From: Candidatus Binatia bacterium
Lineage (GTDB): Bacteria > Desulfobacterota > Binatia > Bin18
NCBI GenBank assembly: GCA_965231775.1
Contig: OZ246888.1
Coordinates: 3,741,590-3,805,589 of the forward strand
Direction: 5' to 3'
Length of the DNA: 64,000 bases
Under the pieces are notes generated by a model, which saw nothing but the letters and a program-made list of their open reading frames with translations, did not search any database and had not been told where the DNA came from. Of this stretch, positions 19,064-28,719 are shown piece by piece (within the stretch, counting starts at the first letter, position 1; each line of letters opens with the position of its first letter). A program made the position numbers and the translations under genes.

Positions 19064-19219
19064 ATACGCCCTCCTTTGAGATGCGTGCGGTAGTGTACAC
19101 GGGTTCGTCTTTCATAAACTATTCCGGTCCTGGCGTCACGAGACCAGAGATACTGAAAAGTTCCCCTTGCTTCCCCACCCTCGGAAGAGGTACACACAGG
19201 CTGAAAAGGAGGGAGTGTT

Positions 19220-19798
19220 ATGGCGCATGTCAGTCCGGTCCCATTTGAGCATATCGACCCTGAGGTTCAGCAGATCATGCAGACCTATGACAAGGAGTAT
19301 GGCGGCTCGGCGTTCTTGCAGGCGTTCGCCCATGCTCCCGAGGTCTTCAAGTCTTTCGCCAACTATTACTTCCCGCTCATCTTCGAGACCCGCGGCAGCA
19401 TCGATATGCAGCTGACCGAGTTGGTGCGCCTGAAGGTTGCGGAGCGCAACGACTGCGCCCTGTGAATCAACGGGCGCGTTGCTTTGGCAAAGCAACAAGG
19501 TCTGACGGAAGAACAAATCGGGGAGCTGTCAATCTATGCTGACAGCACGATTCTCACCCCGCGCGAAAGGGCTGCCGTCCGCTATGCCGACGTGTTGGCC
19601 GGAGATCATACCCAGGCATCACCAGAGCTGTTTGACGAACTGCGCCAGCACTTTACCGAGCCGGAGATCATAGACCTCGGGTTTCGGATTACGGCTTTTG
19701 TCGGCTATGGGCGTTTTATTCGCGCGCTCGGCTTAGAGAGAGGCGGCGTGTGTCCGCTGTCGGAGGCGCATACCAACGGGGCTGAGCAGGTCGCCTGA
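19220..19798 (+). CDS. AhpD-like / carboxymuconolactone decarboxylase-family protein with in-frame UGA (candidate selenoprotein)
   Basis: Two same-frame ORFs (19220-19465 and 19484-19798) are separated only by TGA 19463-19465. The joined protein aligns to the CMD/AhpD core, and the TGA falls on the second Cys of the C-x-x-C motif (ERNDCAL-TGA-INGRVALAKQQG). A stem-loop follows 12 nt downstream. Confidence 0.6.
19478..19496 (+). promoter_or_regulatory. SECIS-like stem-loop downstream of in-frame UGA
   Basis: GTTGCTTTGGCAAAGCAAC has a 7-9 bp perfect stem with a G-containing apical loop (UGGCA). The loop lies about 20-25 nt 3' of the UGA. Confidence 0.5.
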
Positions 19799-19817
19799 CT
19801 CGGGCCCGCGGCCCATG

Positions 19818-20681
19818 CTAGGCGTCTGTCTCAGACTGCATCGCCCGGCGCGCCGACCGATAGCCGCGTTGGGCGAGAGAAAATTCCAAGGCTGGTGAGA
19901 GGCGACTGATCCACCACAACAGCCTCCACCAGCCCGGCACGATGATCAGCGCTTTGTTCCGAGCAAGCGCGTCCAACACTTTTTCAGCAAACACAGCCGG
20001 ATCCATGGGCCGGTATTGCCGGATGAATTTTTCCTGGACCTCCGGCGGCATGGGCTGCAACTGCTTGCCGTATTTCCCGCCGTACAGGATGGGCGTCCGA
20101 ATAAACCCAGGGCAGAGCACACTGACGCGGACACCGTAGGGCGCGGCTTCAACCCGGAGGGATTTGGAAAGACCGACCACCGCATGTTTTGTGGTCGCAT
20201 AGCTGACAGCCGCTGGCATGGGCAGCAGACCGGCCATGGAAGCGGTATTGACAATATGGCCGTAGCCCTGGCTGAGCATAACCGGATAGGCCGCCTGTAC
20301 CCCGTTGACCACACCGTGCAGGTTGACGTTCAGGACACTGTCCCAGTCCTCAATCTGACAGACCCGTACCTCTCCTCCGATCGCAATGCCGGCATTGTTG
20401 AACATATAGTCCAGCCGACCCTGATCTTGGGCCGTCGCCCGGACGAGTTGGTCTACCGCGGCGAAGTCTGTGACATCCAGTTCGACCGCGGACGCTTGAC
20501 CCCCGCTTTCCCGGATGCCGGCCGCGACCTCTTGGGCAAGCACTATCTGACGGTCGGCTAAGATGACACACGCCCCACGCCGGGCCAGCGCCTCACTCAA
20601 CGCGCGCCCAATACCCGAGGCCCCACCGGTCATAATCGCCACCGCGCCGTCAAAGATGCGAAGGGTGTTGTCGTGTTCCAT
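19818..20681 (-). CDS. SDR family oxidoreductase
   Basis: I chose start MEHDNT. It has 'VAIMTGGASGIGRALSEALA' and the 'YATTKHAVVGL' YxxxK motif. Confidence 0.7.
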   Translation of the reverse strand: MEHDNTLRIFDGAVAIMTGGASGIGRALSEALARRGACVILADRQIVLAQEVAAGIRESGGQASAVELDVTDFAAVDQLVRATAQDQGRLDYMFNNAGIAIGGEVRVCQIEDWDSVLNVNLHGVVNGVQAAYPVMLSQGYGHIVNTASMAGLLPMPAAVSYATTKHAVVGLSKSLRVEAAPYGVRVSVLCPGFIRTPILYGGKYGKQLQPMPPEVQEKFIRQYRPMDPAVFAEKVLDALARNKALIIVPGWWRLLWWISRLSPALEFSLAQRGYRSARRAMQSETDA

Positions 20682-20694
20682 GTCTGTCTGAAAG

Positions 20695-21033
20695 TCAGTC
20701 GGCCACCGGCACAACACCGACCACCGCCGGACCGTCTCCGACCACACGGGTGGTGTGCCCGCTACCGGTCAGGTCTGCGGCGAGCACGGCATCCCCCGCT
20801 CCACAACGCTGGACCGACCCGTCCTTAAAGCCGATTTCCATCTGGCCCCGTAACACAATCACATACTGGCGTCGGGGAGCGTTATGCCAATCCATAGCGG
20901 TTCCGGCCGGGAGTTCCCGAAAGAAAATCTCCTGGGTCGCCTGTGGCGCTTCCTGGCTCGGTTGGGCGCTCAACGCCGGCTCTTCGATATGCGATTGTCC
21001 GTCATCCCCTGTATACATGTGGAAAATGCTCAT
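20695..21033 (-). CDS. cupin-domain protein
   Basis: 112 aa. The beta-rich 'DWHNAPRRQYVIVLRGQMEIGFKDG...GDAVL' looks like a cupin. Confidence 0.5.
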   Translation of the reverse strand: MSIFHMYTGDDGQSHIEEPALSAQPSQEAPQATQEIFFRELPAGTAMDWHNAPRRQYVIVLRGQMEIGFKDGSVQRCGAGDAVLAADLTGSGHTTRVVGDGPAVVGVVPVAD

Positions 21034-21091
21034 GCTCTTCCTCCTTCAGAAGGGCTGGCAGGAAGGCTCAAAACGGCCCAAAGCGGTCGCT

Positions 21092-21547
21092 CTATGGGGT
21101 GCTTGCCTGAACCGCCTTTAGGGCACAGACACAACCCGCAATCGCAGCGATGGTTCTGACCCAATGCACCGTTTGCCATTGGCTAAGTGCATTAGATATC
21201 TCCGCTACAGGGACCGCCCCCTCAGATAGCGCAGCATTGGCGCCGCTGAAATAGATGGGAAACGTCGCAAGCATACAAAGCGCGCAGACAGATGCCGCGA
21301 TGAGCCAGTTTCGGCTCGGGGTCTTTTTCCAGATGGCCAACCCCAAGGCCAACCAGGTTAAGCCCGTCGCACTAAACCCAAGCGGCATCATGAAGCTGGC
21401 GATGTGAGCGGAGTTATCACGAAAAATCGGCACAAACGATGCAGGATCGAGCGCCTGCCAGTAGGGCACCAGCCCCATGGCGAGAAGCAACAGAGCACCC
21501 GCCAAGAAGCCCAGGAGCACCGTTGCGATTTGTGTCGGTATGTTCAT
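21092..21547 (-). CDS. DUF1772-like small membrane protein
   Basis: There are four predicted TM helices from MNIPTQIATVLLGFLAGALLLLAMG. The assignment is weak. Confidence 0.4.
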   Translation of the reverse strand: MNIPTQIATVLLGFLAGALLLLAMGLVPYWQALDPASFVPIFRDNSAHIASFMMPLGFSATGLTWLALGLAIWKKTPSRNWLIAASVCALCMLATFPIYFSGANAALSEGAVPVAEISNALSQWQTVHWVRTIAAIAGCVCALKAVQASTP

Positions 21548-21672
21548 TTCTCTTTCCCTCTTATTGCGGAAGATAGGGTGCAATGATGCTCCCAGATTTG
21601 TCAAGGCATCAACGTCAAGACCTTAAACTAGGAAATTCCGTCCTCCTTTTACTCCCCGATGTGGATGGAGTC

Positions 21673-22179
21673 CTATACTTTCATCCCTACCACAGGTCGT
21701 CGGATACCTAAATCTGCGACAACCTCAGCTCCCAGCCTGTGGAACACTTCTGGCGAAATCCCAATCTTGAGACTGCGCCCACCACCACCCAGGATAACGG
21801 TTTCCAGCTCCATCACCCGACTATCAACATATAAGGGCATATCCACAGGCAACGAAAACGGGGTCACGCCGCCGACTTCCATCCCCGTCAGCGCCTGCAT
21901 CTCCTCGGCCGAGGCAAACGACGCTTTAGACACGCCCATGAGTTTGCGCACCCGTTTGTTCACATCGAGCTGGGTTGTGGCCAGGACCACACAGGCCACA
22001 AATCGCTTGGGCTCTTTCTTGGAGGCCACAATGATCGTGTTGCCGGACGTCTCCGGCGGATAACCATACTGAGCGCAAAACACGGCCGTATCGGCATGGG
22101 CCGGGTCTATACGTATCCGTTCAAAGGACAGCCCGAGTTTTTCAAGCGCATCAATCACTCGTTGTTCCGAAGACGTCAT
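21673..22179 (-). CDS. YbaK/ProX-like aminoacyl-tRNA deacylase domain protein
   Basis: Start MTSSEQ. 'VFCAQYGYPPETSGNTIIVASKK...GGVTPF' is similar to Cys/Pro-tRNA editing domains. Confidence 0.55.
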   Translation of the reverse strand: MTSSEQRVIDALEKLGLSFERIRIDPAHADTAVFCAQYGYPPETSGNTIIVASKKEPKRFVACVVLATTQLDVNKRVRKLMGVSKASFASAEEMQALTGMEVGGVTPFSLPVDMPLYVDSRVMELETVILGGGGRSLKIGISPEVFHRLGAEVVADLGIRRPVVGMKV

Positions 22180-22302
22180 GCTCCACACTCCTCCTTGAGA
22201 GACAAAGAAGCGGAATGCTCGCTGCATACCAAAACGCCGGGTCGAAACCCGGCGTTTTGTTCTCGGTGCAAGCCGAGGGTGAGTCGCTGACTTCTTTATG
22301 CG

Positions 22303-24054
22303 TTATCCGGCGGCCATATCATAACTGCGCAGCATTTTACCCGGCAGGGCGCCGCTGCACTGACCGTCTTCAAACGTAATCTGCCCATTGATAATCGAAT
22401 ACCGATAGCCGTCGGCCTTCTGCACCCGCCGCCAGTCGCCGTCGGGCAGGTCGCTGATCGTCTCCATCGGTCGCACGGCCAGCTTTTCCAGGTCGTACAC
22501 CACGATGTCCGCGGGCATGCCCTCGCGCAGCCAGCCTCGGTCCCGGATGCCTATCGCCCAGCCCACCATGGTCGACAGCCGCCAGTGCGCCTCTTCCAGG
22601 GTCATGATCTGCTTGTCGCGCACCCAGTGGGTCAGGAAGTGGGTCGGATAGCGGCCCAGGGTCAGGAACTTGGTATGCGCGCCGCCGTCTGAGGCTCCGA
22701 CCAGACACAGCGGGTGTTTGAGAATGGTGGTCAGGGCTTCTTCATCGTTGTTGATGAAGCCCTGCATGGCAAACTCGGTCTTGAGCTCTTCTTCTACGGA
22801 CAGATCGAGCAGCGCGTCGATCGGATGTTTACCTTGCTCCTGGGCCAGTTCGGCAACGGTGCGGCCCTTGAGATGAGCGTTCTTTTCCAGGTGGACATCA
22901 TCGATAAACGTCTCCTCCCAGCGGAACATCCGCAACTGACCCTGCTCCCCGTCGGGATTCTCGCCCGGCATGACGGTCGGCGCCTTCTCCATATCGGCCT
23001 TGAGGGCCGCCCGCCGACCGGGGTCGGCCAACTTCATGCGGCGCTCTTCCAGGCTGCCGACCGTGGCCTCGTTCCAGGCCGGGAGCTGATCAAACAAGCC
23101 CATGGTTTCCAGCGTGAACTCAAACTCAATCGGCATGCAGATGTTGACCGGCAGGACCGGTGCTTCTTTATTTGCCCGTTCGGTCCAGGCCAGTTGCTCG
23201 CGCCAGGTATCGGGTGAGGACGGATCGTGGATAATCGCGTTCCAGTTCACCGGCCGGCCACTCGTCTTGGCCAACTCCAATAAGAAGTCCATCCCCAGCC
23301 CTTGCAGGGCATGGCCCATCGTCCACTCGATAGAGCCGCGGTTGAACTCGCGCATGACGGACGCCATTTCGAGAAACTCTTCACGCGGTGCCACATGGGT
23401 CGGGAGATAGCCGCCATCATAGTCGCGGTTGGCCATACTGAAGCTGGCGGAAAAACCAAAGCCGCCGGCCTGCAAGCCCTCCCGCAGCAGATGTTTCAGC
23501 TCCGCAATCTGATCCGAGTTGGTCTTATAGTCCGGGTCGCGCGCCGCGTCGTTGCCCAATACCCAGGCGCGTAGCGGGGAGTACGGCACGAGGGAAGCAG
23601 CATTGATACCCAGTCCGCCACGGTCCAGGCTGTCCAGATATTCGGGGAAGGTCTCCCAGTCCCAGCGCATGCCGGCCTGCATACAGGACAACGGAATGGA
23701 CTCGGTTCGTTCCATACGACGCATCGCCCGGTCGCGATCTGCCGGACGCACCGGCGCAAAACCAAAGCCACAGTTGCCGATCGCCACCGTGGTCACGCCG
23801 TGCCAGCCGGACAGGGTGGCATACGGGTCCCAGGTCGTACCACCGCTGAGCGCGGCGTCGTAATGGGTATGGATATCCATAAACCCCGGGGCGACGATCA
23901 TACCGGTCGCATCAAGCACACGCGTGGCCGAGCCTTGAATATTCCCCATGGCAACGATCTTGCCGTCACGAATTGCAACATCGCCCCGATAGCGGGGAAC
24001 CTGCAATCCGTCGATGATCGTGCCGTTTTTGATAAGCAGATCGTACTCTGCCAT
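22303..24054 (-). CDS. D-aminoacylase / N-acyl-D-amino-acid deacylase-family amidohydrolase
   Basis: Start MAEYDLLIKNGTIIDG. 'GFMDIHTHYD' is a metal-binding H-x-H motif. The protein is about 580 aa, typical for the family. Confidence 0.7.
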   Translation of the reverse strand: MAEYDLLIKNGTIIDGLQVPRYRGDVAIRDGKIVAMGNIQGSATRVLDATGMIVAPGFMDIHTHYDAALSGGTTWDPYATLSGWHGVTTVAIGNCGFGFAPVRPADRDRAMRRMERTESIPLSCMQAGMRWDWETFPEYLDSLDRGGLGINAASLVPYSPLRAWVLGNDAARDPDYKTNSDQIAELKHLLREGLQAGGFGFSASFSMANRDYDGGYLPTHVAPREEFLEMASVMREFNRGSIEWTMGHALQGLGMDFLLELAKTSGRPVNWNAIIHDPSSPDTWREQLAWTERANKEAPVLPVNICMPIEFEFTLETMGLFDQLPAWNEATVGSLEERRMKLADPGRRAALKADMEKAPTVMPGENPDGEQGQLRMFRWEETFIDDVHLEKNAHLKGRTVAELAQEQGKHPIDALLDLSVEEELKTEFAMQGFINNDEEALTTILKHPLCLVGASDGGAHTKFLTLGRYPTHFLTHWVRDKQIMTLEEAHWRLSTMVGWAIGIRDRGWLREGMPADIVVYDLEKLAVRPMETISDLPDGDWRRVQKADGYRYSIINGQITFEDGQCSGALPGKMLRSYDMAAG

Positions 24055-24203
24055 GTGATCCCTCCTTTGGCTCATGGGAGCCAGTTACGGTTACATACCA
24101 TCCTCCCCATAGCCACCCGGTTCATGCCCTCGGTGCAAGATGTTGATGAGTCTCCCCATCCTGCAACGGAATGCGTCGCAATTGCAAGAGTTGCCACCCG
24201 CTG

Positions 24204-24620
24204 CTACGCAAGCGCGCCGAGTCCGGCTTGGGCGCATTCGATATCTTGTTCAACCGAACCACCACTGACACCGATTGCTCCGACCACTCTATCCCCAATT
24301 CGGATCGGCAAGCCGCCGCCAAAGGTCACGATGCGCGGAATATGCGGCACCCCTGCCAAGAGCGCCGGATCATCCTTAATAAAGTTAAAAAACTCGTGTG
24401 ACGGCATCCCAAAAAGGGCAGTATAGGCTTTGTTCTGAGACACCTCGATACTGACTAACGGTGTTCCATCCATCCGGCAAAACGCCTTGAGCAGCCCACT
24501 CTCGTCCAGCACGGCCACAACTTGGGGCACCCCGAGTTCCTTTGCTTTGGCAACAGCCGCGGCCACCATCTGTTGCGCGAGTTCGTCTGTCACACTCTGT
24601 TTTTCAAAGGTCTGGGCCAT
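24204..24620 (-). CDS. GlcG/HbpS-like (DUF336) heme-binding-fold protein
   Basis: 138 aa. 'GGLPIRIGDRVVGAIGVSGG' is the family signature. Confidence 0.65.
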   Translation of the reverse strand: MAQTFEKQSVTDELAQQMVAAAVAKAKELGVPQVVAVLDESGLLKAFCRMDGTPLVSIEVSQNKAYTALFGMPSHEFFNFIKDDPALLAGVPHIPRIVTFGGGLPIRIGDRVVGAIGVSGGSVEQDIECAQAGLGALA

Positions 24621-24723
24621 TGCGTCCTCCTGGTGTTGTTTTCACTGGAGTATAGGAGGAAAGAAGTGTAGGAGTAAAGAGACAATAGTCACCGCAGACG
24701 AGTAGAGTTCGGAGGAGGCTAGA

Positions 24724-26163
24724 ATGAAACACTCGCTTGCACTCATCCCATTCCTGTTGGCGGTGAGTCTACACGCTCTTCAAGCGGAGCAGGACGATTC
24801 CTCCCCCCTCGCTCCTGTCGTCTTTACCAACGTAACGGTGATAGATGCGACCGGGACGCCAGCCCAGCCCGACATGACCGTTGTGCTCACTCAGGATCGT
24901 ATTAGCGCCCTGGGGGAAACCGGGACGGTCGCCATCCCCTCAGGTGCTCACGTTTTCGAGGCCGCGGGTTATTTTCTCATACCCGGCCTGTGGGATATGC
25001 ATACCCATATCGCCTATATTGAGACGTATCCGAGAAGCAAGGATATTTTTCTGCCGCTGCTCATCGCCCACGGAGTCACGGGCATCCGTGATATGGGCGG
25101 CGACCTGGCAGCCCTCACCCAGTGGCGTGAGGAGATCACGGCAGGCAAGCGGACCGGTCCCCGCATTATCGCCTCTGGTCCTATGCTGGATGGCCCCAAT
25201 CCGCCCTTCCCTCAGTCGGTCAGTGTGAACAGTGCAACCGAAGGGCGCCAAACCGTATTAGAGCTCAAGCAGCAAGGGGCAGACTTTATCAAAGTCCAGT
25301 CGCTCATTCCGCGCGATGCCTATTTCGCCGTCATACGCGAGGCCCGCCAGCAGGGCTTGCGAGTTGCCGGCCATCTGCCGGATCAGATCACGGCCACGGA
25401 GGCGTCCGAGGCCGGGCAACACAGTATGGAACACTTCATTGGCTGGCTCAAAAGCAGCTCAACAGTGGAAGAAGAACTGATCCGGACAGTGTCGATTTTT
25501 GACCTGTTCCAAAAAAAAGGACCCGTTCAACGCCTCCTCGGTACCCAGAGTAAAGAGAAAGAAGAAGCGCTGTTTGCGCGCCTGGCGCACAAGAGCATGT
25601 GGCAGTGCCCGACGATCGTGTGGATGCGGGGCTTATCGCATATCGACGAAAACACATTTCCGGCTGACCCGCGCCTGGACTATATTCCCCCCTCGTGGGT
25701 TGCGGCTTGGCGCGTGATAAAGGAAGAACGCTTGCTCGCAGGCCGCTCTGCCGAGGATATTGCAGCGGGCAAGCAGTATTTCCGGACGCTGTTTGACTTG
25801 ATCAAAACGGCGCACGGGGCAGGCGTACCCTTCTTGGCCGGAACAGATACGCCCGCCCCATATGTCTTCCCTGGCTCATCCTTACACGAAGAATTAGCTC
25901 TACTGGTCGAGGCGGGCCTGACACCCATGGAAGCCTTACAGACCGCGACCCGCAATCCTGCCCTATACCTTGACCAACAAGACCTGCTGGGCACCATCGA
26001 AGTGGGCAAGATTGCCGATCTCGTCCTTCTCGAAGCGAATCCCTTGGAGGATATCACCAACACCCAGAAAATTGCAGCAGTGGTTGTGGGTGGCAAGCTC
26101 TTCTCTCGCAGCGCCTTACAAGCCCTGCGAACTGCGGCCGCTAGCAGTGCGCAGCAGGGGTAA
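24724..26163 (+). CDS. secreted amidohydrolase-family protein (family-1 type)
   Basis: It has a signal peptide (MKHSLALIPFLLAVSLHA), 'GLWDMHTHI' (H-x-H), and 'AGTDTPAP'. Confidence 0.7.
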   Translation: MKHSLALIPFLLAVSLHALQAEQDDSSPLAPVVFTNVTVIDATGTPAQPDMTVVLTQDRISALGETGTVAIPSGAHVFEAAGYFLIPGLWDMHTHIAYIETYPRSKDIFLPLLIAHGVTGIRDMGGDLAALTQWREEITAGKRTGPRIIASGPMLDGPNPPFPQSVSVNSATEGRQTVLELKQQGADFIKVQSLIPRDAYFAVIREARQQGLRVAGHLPDQITATEASEAGQHSMEHFIGWLKSSSTVEEELIRTVSIFDLFQKKGPVQRLLGTQSKEKEEALFARLAHKSMWQCPTIVWMRGLSHIDENTFPADPRLDYIPPSWVAAWRVIKEERLLAGRSAEDIAAGKQYFRTLFDLIKTAHGAGVPFLAGTDTPAPYVFPGSSLHEELALLVEAGLTPMEALQTATRNPALYLDQQDLLGTIEVGKIADLVLLEANPLEDITNTQKIAAVVVGGKLFSRSALQALRTAAASSAQQG

Positions 26164-26174
26164 CGGATAGCACC

Positions 26175-26669
26175 TCAAAAAGACCGCTCACTGCGGCAGG
26201 CGTCGCTGCCGGCCGGGTGGTGGTCCGTGACGAGCGACGCTCCAGCCGGGCAACTGACCGCAACATCGTCTCCGAAGGGATTTGAGCACACGTCTTTCCC
26301 GGTCAGCGATTTGAGATAGTGCATGCTCGGGCAGTCCGGTTGTTCATACACCCACTTGGCAGCCTCGTCGGTTTCGTGTTGCAGAATTTGCAGAGCCGCT
26401 TCCTTGCTCGTGTAGTCCGGTTCCTGCGGCGGCAGTGCGGCTGCCGCCGGGGCGGGGGAACGCTGCGGCACTGCCACGGCTGCCTCCACGGGAGCATTCT
26501 CTGACTGACGGTTTGACTGCTCAGAAGCTGGCGGGTTCAGGTCTTCCCACTGACCCGTATACGGATTAAACGATTTTCCCCATTCCTGAGACGACACCTG
26601 CGTGCACAGCGGGACAAAGCAAAAGCCGAGCATGAGGAAGAATATGATGTCCCGCCGGACCTGACGCAT
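26175..26669 (-). CDS. secreted Cys-containing hypothetical protein
   Basis: There is a signal-like N-terminus and no recognisable domain. Confidence 0.35.
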   Translation of the reverse strand: MRQVRRDIIFFLMLGFCFVPLCTQVSSQEWGKSFNPYTGQWEDLNPPASEQSNRQSENAPVEAAVAVPQRSPAPAAAALPPQEPDYTSKEAALQILQHETDEAAKWVYEQPDCPSMHYLKSLTGKDVCSNPFGDDVAVSCPAGASLVTDHHPAGSDACRSERSF

Positions 26670-26681
26670 GGAGTTTCCTTG

Positions 26682-27563
26682 TTAGAGATGTGTTTCAAAC
26701 CATTCTTTGATGAGCGGCAGACTCTGGTCAAGCCCAGGACCAGAGAGAATATCGCTGTGGCCAAGGCCGGGCAGAATCACAATCTTCTTGGGCTCTCCAG
26801 CCTTTTCATACATGGACTGTGACTCTTCCATGGATACGCGCTCATCTGCGTCGCCGTGCAGCCATAGCATCGCCCGGGGTGATATCTGATGCACGACGGA
26901 CTCGGGCCGATACGCAATCAAGGCTTCACCCGAGGTCAGCGTGATCTCTCGGCTCCACTGCGGATGCTGGTCGAGAATCTGTGCAAACAGGGCGGTCGTA
27001 CTCTCCGGCTCGGGCACAATCTCACTGGCTTGAACATACTGCTCCTGCCCGGTCAGGACGCGCTCGCGTCAGTTGTCTGCCAGGCGTCGGAGTAATGCCT
27101 GCCATTCCCAGAAATGACAGGCGTCACGCGTCCAACGCCCACAGTCGCCGATGCCACAGACGCTCACCGTGGCTTTGACCCGCTCTTCTACCCCGGCAGC
27201 ATAACTGACGTTGGCCCCACCGAGACTGACGCCGAGCAGTCCAATCCGGTCCGGGGCGACCTCGGGCTGTTGCTGCATGAACGTGACCGCATTTTGGATA
27301 TCTTCGATCTGCCGCATAGGGATGATCTGGCGACGGGGTTCTCCGCCACTCGCACCCAGGAAGCGGTAGTCAAACGTCAGGACGACATACCCGGCCTGAG
27401 CCACGCACCGGGCAATATCGGGCAACAGGACTTCTTTCACCGCGGTAAAGCCGTGGCATATGACAATGCCGGGTCTTGGCCTGTCGGAAGGGCTGTCCTC
27501 AGGTAGAAAAAGGACGCCTGCCATGGGGACACTTTCACTGTAGAATTGAACTGACTTTTCCAT
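26682..27563 (-). pseudogene. alpha/beta hydrolase (dienelactone-hydrolase-like) interrupted by an in-frame TGA
   Basis: Two ORFs in the same frame, 27069-27563 and 26682-27017. The upstream part carries GVSLGG (Ser nucleophile). The downstream part carries LHGDAD (Asp) and GLGHSD (His). They are separated by TGA at 27069-27071 with no frameshift. Confidence 0.45.
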
Positions 27564-27573
27564 ACTCCTCCCT

Positions 27574-28164
27574 TTAGCGTTTGGGCATCTTGGGGACAAA
27601 ACGCGGCACCCGCTGTTGATACTGCCGGTATGCCTGCCCAAAGCGTTCGACCAGCTCGCGCTCTTCCATCAGCGTGATGCCATACAGCACCAGGCAGGCG
27701 AGAGGACACAGGAGATACACGGCCAGATAGTTCGTACAAAGCGCAAGCGCGAAGACACTCAGGATCACGACGACATAACGAGGATGCCGCAACCGCGCAT
27801 AGATGCCCTGGTCCAAGAGCGGCTGGCCGGGCGGCGTGGGCGACAGTTCGGGAATGCCGACCAGAGTGCGCAGGGTCAGATGTTTTCGACACTGCACCTC
27901 AACCACCAGGGCAGCGACAAAGCACAGCACGGCCGGCCAGCCCAACCAGCCGGGCGGCCCGAATTCGACGGCCAGGAGCGTCTGCCGCAGCACAAAGACG
28001 CCAGCGCCGATGGCAATGAGCATCATCCCCAACACGGAGTACGAGATCACAAGCCCAAGTTGTCGCCAGCTATGGACCAGACCGTGAGCAAACGGCCAGA
28101 ACAAGATACCTGGGATAAAGGCCACCAGCGTGAGGAGAGCCAGGTTATAGCGGACGGTATCCAT
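27574..28164 (-). CDS. isoprenylcysteine carboxyl methyltransferase (ICMT)-family membrane methyltransferase
   Basis: It is multi-TM. The C-terminal 'RHPRY...LEERELVERFG' matches the ICMT/PEMT family. Confidence 0.55.
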   Translation of the reverse strand: MDTVRYNLALLTLVAFIPGILFWPFAHGLVHSWRQLGLVISYSVLGMMLIAIGAGVFVLRQTLLAVEFGPPGWLGWPAVLCFVAALVVEVQCRKHLTLRTLVGIPELSPTPPGQPLLDQGIYARLRHPRYVVVILSVFALALCTNYLAVYLLCPLACLVLYGITLMEERELVERFGQAYRQYQQRVPRFVPKMPKR

Positions 28165-28188
28165 GAGAGCGCTGGCCGACTTCTCCTA

Positions 28189-28695
28189 TTACACAACGCT
28201 ATACGAGACGTTGAGTTCCGGTTTATTCTGTATGGTCTGGAAGACGACGCAGTAGCGTTCGGTCAGGCGAATCAGGGTTGCCAACTGTTCCGCATCGGCG
28301 TCCGTGTCCAGATCAAACCGGAGACGAATGTCGCGAAAGCCGACCGGGGCTTCTTTTGAAACGCCGAGGGTCCCCCTGAAATCCAGGTCGCCTTCCGCGA
28401 TCACCTTGCCATCGCGCAGCTCCACCCCGATCGCCGTAGACACCGCTTGCAGGGTCACGCCGGCACACGCCACCAGCGCCTCCAGCAACATATCGCCGGA
28501 GCAGGCCGCCAGCCCGTCCCCGCCGGTCGCCGGGTGCAGCCCGGCTTCGACCAACGCCTTGCCCGTTTCGACGCGGCAGGTAATGCCTGCGCCAATCCGG
28601 CCTTCGGCATTCAGCGTCACCACTGCCTTTTCGGGCACGTCTTTATAGGCATGCTTGAGCGGTGCCTGGAGGGTGCGGAGTTCTTCTGCTTTCAT
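28189..28695 (-). CDS. OsmC/Ohr-family peroxiredoxin
   Basis: 168 aa. 'LAACSGDMLLEALVACAG' carries the two-Cys OsmC motif. Confidence 0.7.
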   Translation of the reverse strand: MKAEELRTLQAPLKHAYKDVPEKAVVTLNAEGRIGAGITCRVETGKALVEAGLHPATGGDGLAACSGDMLLEALVACAGVTLQAVSTAIGVELRDGKVIAEGDLDFRGTLGVSKEAPVGFRDIRLRFDLDTDADAEQLATLIRLTERYCVVFQTIQNKPELNVSYSVV

Positions 28696-28719
28696 GGTTC
28701 TTGTTCTCCTTCTTGCTGT

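Noticed and set aside
27069-27071. Second in-frame TGA as a selenocysteine codon
   Set aside because: The surrounding residues (ADN-U-RER) do not form a redox motif, and I could not find a convincing hairpin in the 50 nt downstream on the coding strand. A pseudogene or sequencing error is more parsimonious, so I report it only as a disrupted gene.
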